Below, piece after piece: positions 63,801-64,000 of a stretch of DNA of 64,000 nt. The position numbers and the translations under genes were made by a program. The notes under the pieces are model-generated. The model did not search any database, was not told the DNA's origin, and worked only from the letters and a program-made list of their open reading frames with translations. Within the stretch, counting starts at the first letter, position 1; every line of letters begins with the position of its first letter. This DNA comes from Paragordius varius (lineage: Eukaryota; Animalia; Nematomorpha), in NCBI GenBank assembly GCA_964247055.1, contig OZ176053.1, forward strand, positions 11,160,001-11,224,000, given 5' to 3'.

Positions 63801-64000
63801 CAAACGTTGCTTGAAAAGTGTTTGGTCTTATGATTGCACCTTTGAAAGAGCGTGAATATTGACTCAGCAGATCTAATTGAAATTAATAATAAATGTTACG
63901 GTTATATAACTCTAATTTTTAGTAAAGGTTATATTTACAAGTTTTAGCCGCAGGTCGTTTCATGAGATCGTTATCAAGGGTACTCGACATTTTAAATATG
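50845..64000 (-). CDS. Large lipid transfer protein (apolipophorin/vitellogenin family), 3' part; 5' exons lie beyond the window
   Basis: Many phase-compatible minus-strand exons. Beta-sheet-type repeats at about 57500-63900; amphipathic helical region at about 55300-57500; VWD domain (AALINGTSILSWDKNLY...SYILARD, GTNNGNFMDDFTTANG...FINSW, C-rich ITLECF); then a vWA-like C-terminal domain (MHIVYMIEE, NIKYTVVGFG, CKGLIVDLAKRSDGVVF). Probable last exon 50934-50845 ends in TAA. Not every exon was resolved. Confidence 0.85.
54778..54797 (-). mobile_element. Short core fragment of the SINE family
   Basis: ccagggctgacagtgatgat is identical to the core of the copy at 7160-7179. Confidence 0.5.
62725..62860 (+). 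mobile_element. tRNA(Lys)-derived SINE, the most complete copy (A and B boxes plus body)
   Basis: A-box-like tggtatagtagg, Lys-like gagactctt anticodon arm, B-box-like gagtttgaacc, acceptor-like gcgtgat/actacgc, then a body catcatcactgtcagacctgggcagacgag shared with three other loci. Confidence 0.75.

Overview
Very AT-rich animal (invertebrate) nuclear DNA with spliced genes, annotated by hand-translation and from-memory family alignments. Genes in order: a myosin regulatory light chain with a long N-terminal extension (minus, 3' end runs off the left edge); a greatly expanded cereblon (minus, 19 phase-consistent exons, about 1267 aa); ARID2/BAF200 (plus); a compact VPS29-MED31-cyclin Q trio; an uncharacterised PTB-like gene (plus); and the 3' part of a large lipid transfer protein of the apolipophorin/vitellogenin family (minus, runs off the right edge). 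Introns and intergenic DNA carry MITEs, a tRNA-derived SINE family, decayed mariner transposases, an RTE-like LINE fragment and (TA)n tracts. The most striking signal is nine ultra-short GT-AG introns of 21-29 nt (in CRBN, VPS29 and cyclin Q). Eight remove a frameshift or stop and one restores the alignment. They share genes with ordinary introns of about 70-1900 nt, which suggests a bimodal intron system with a size class reported in animals mainly from dicyemids. No prokaryotic, CRISPR or rRNA features are supported.
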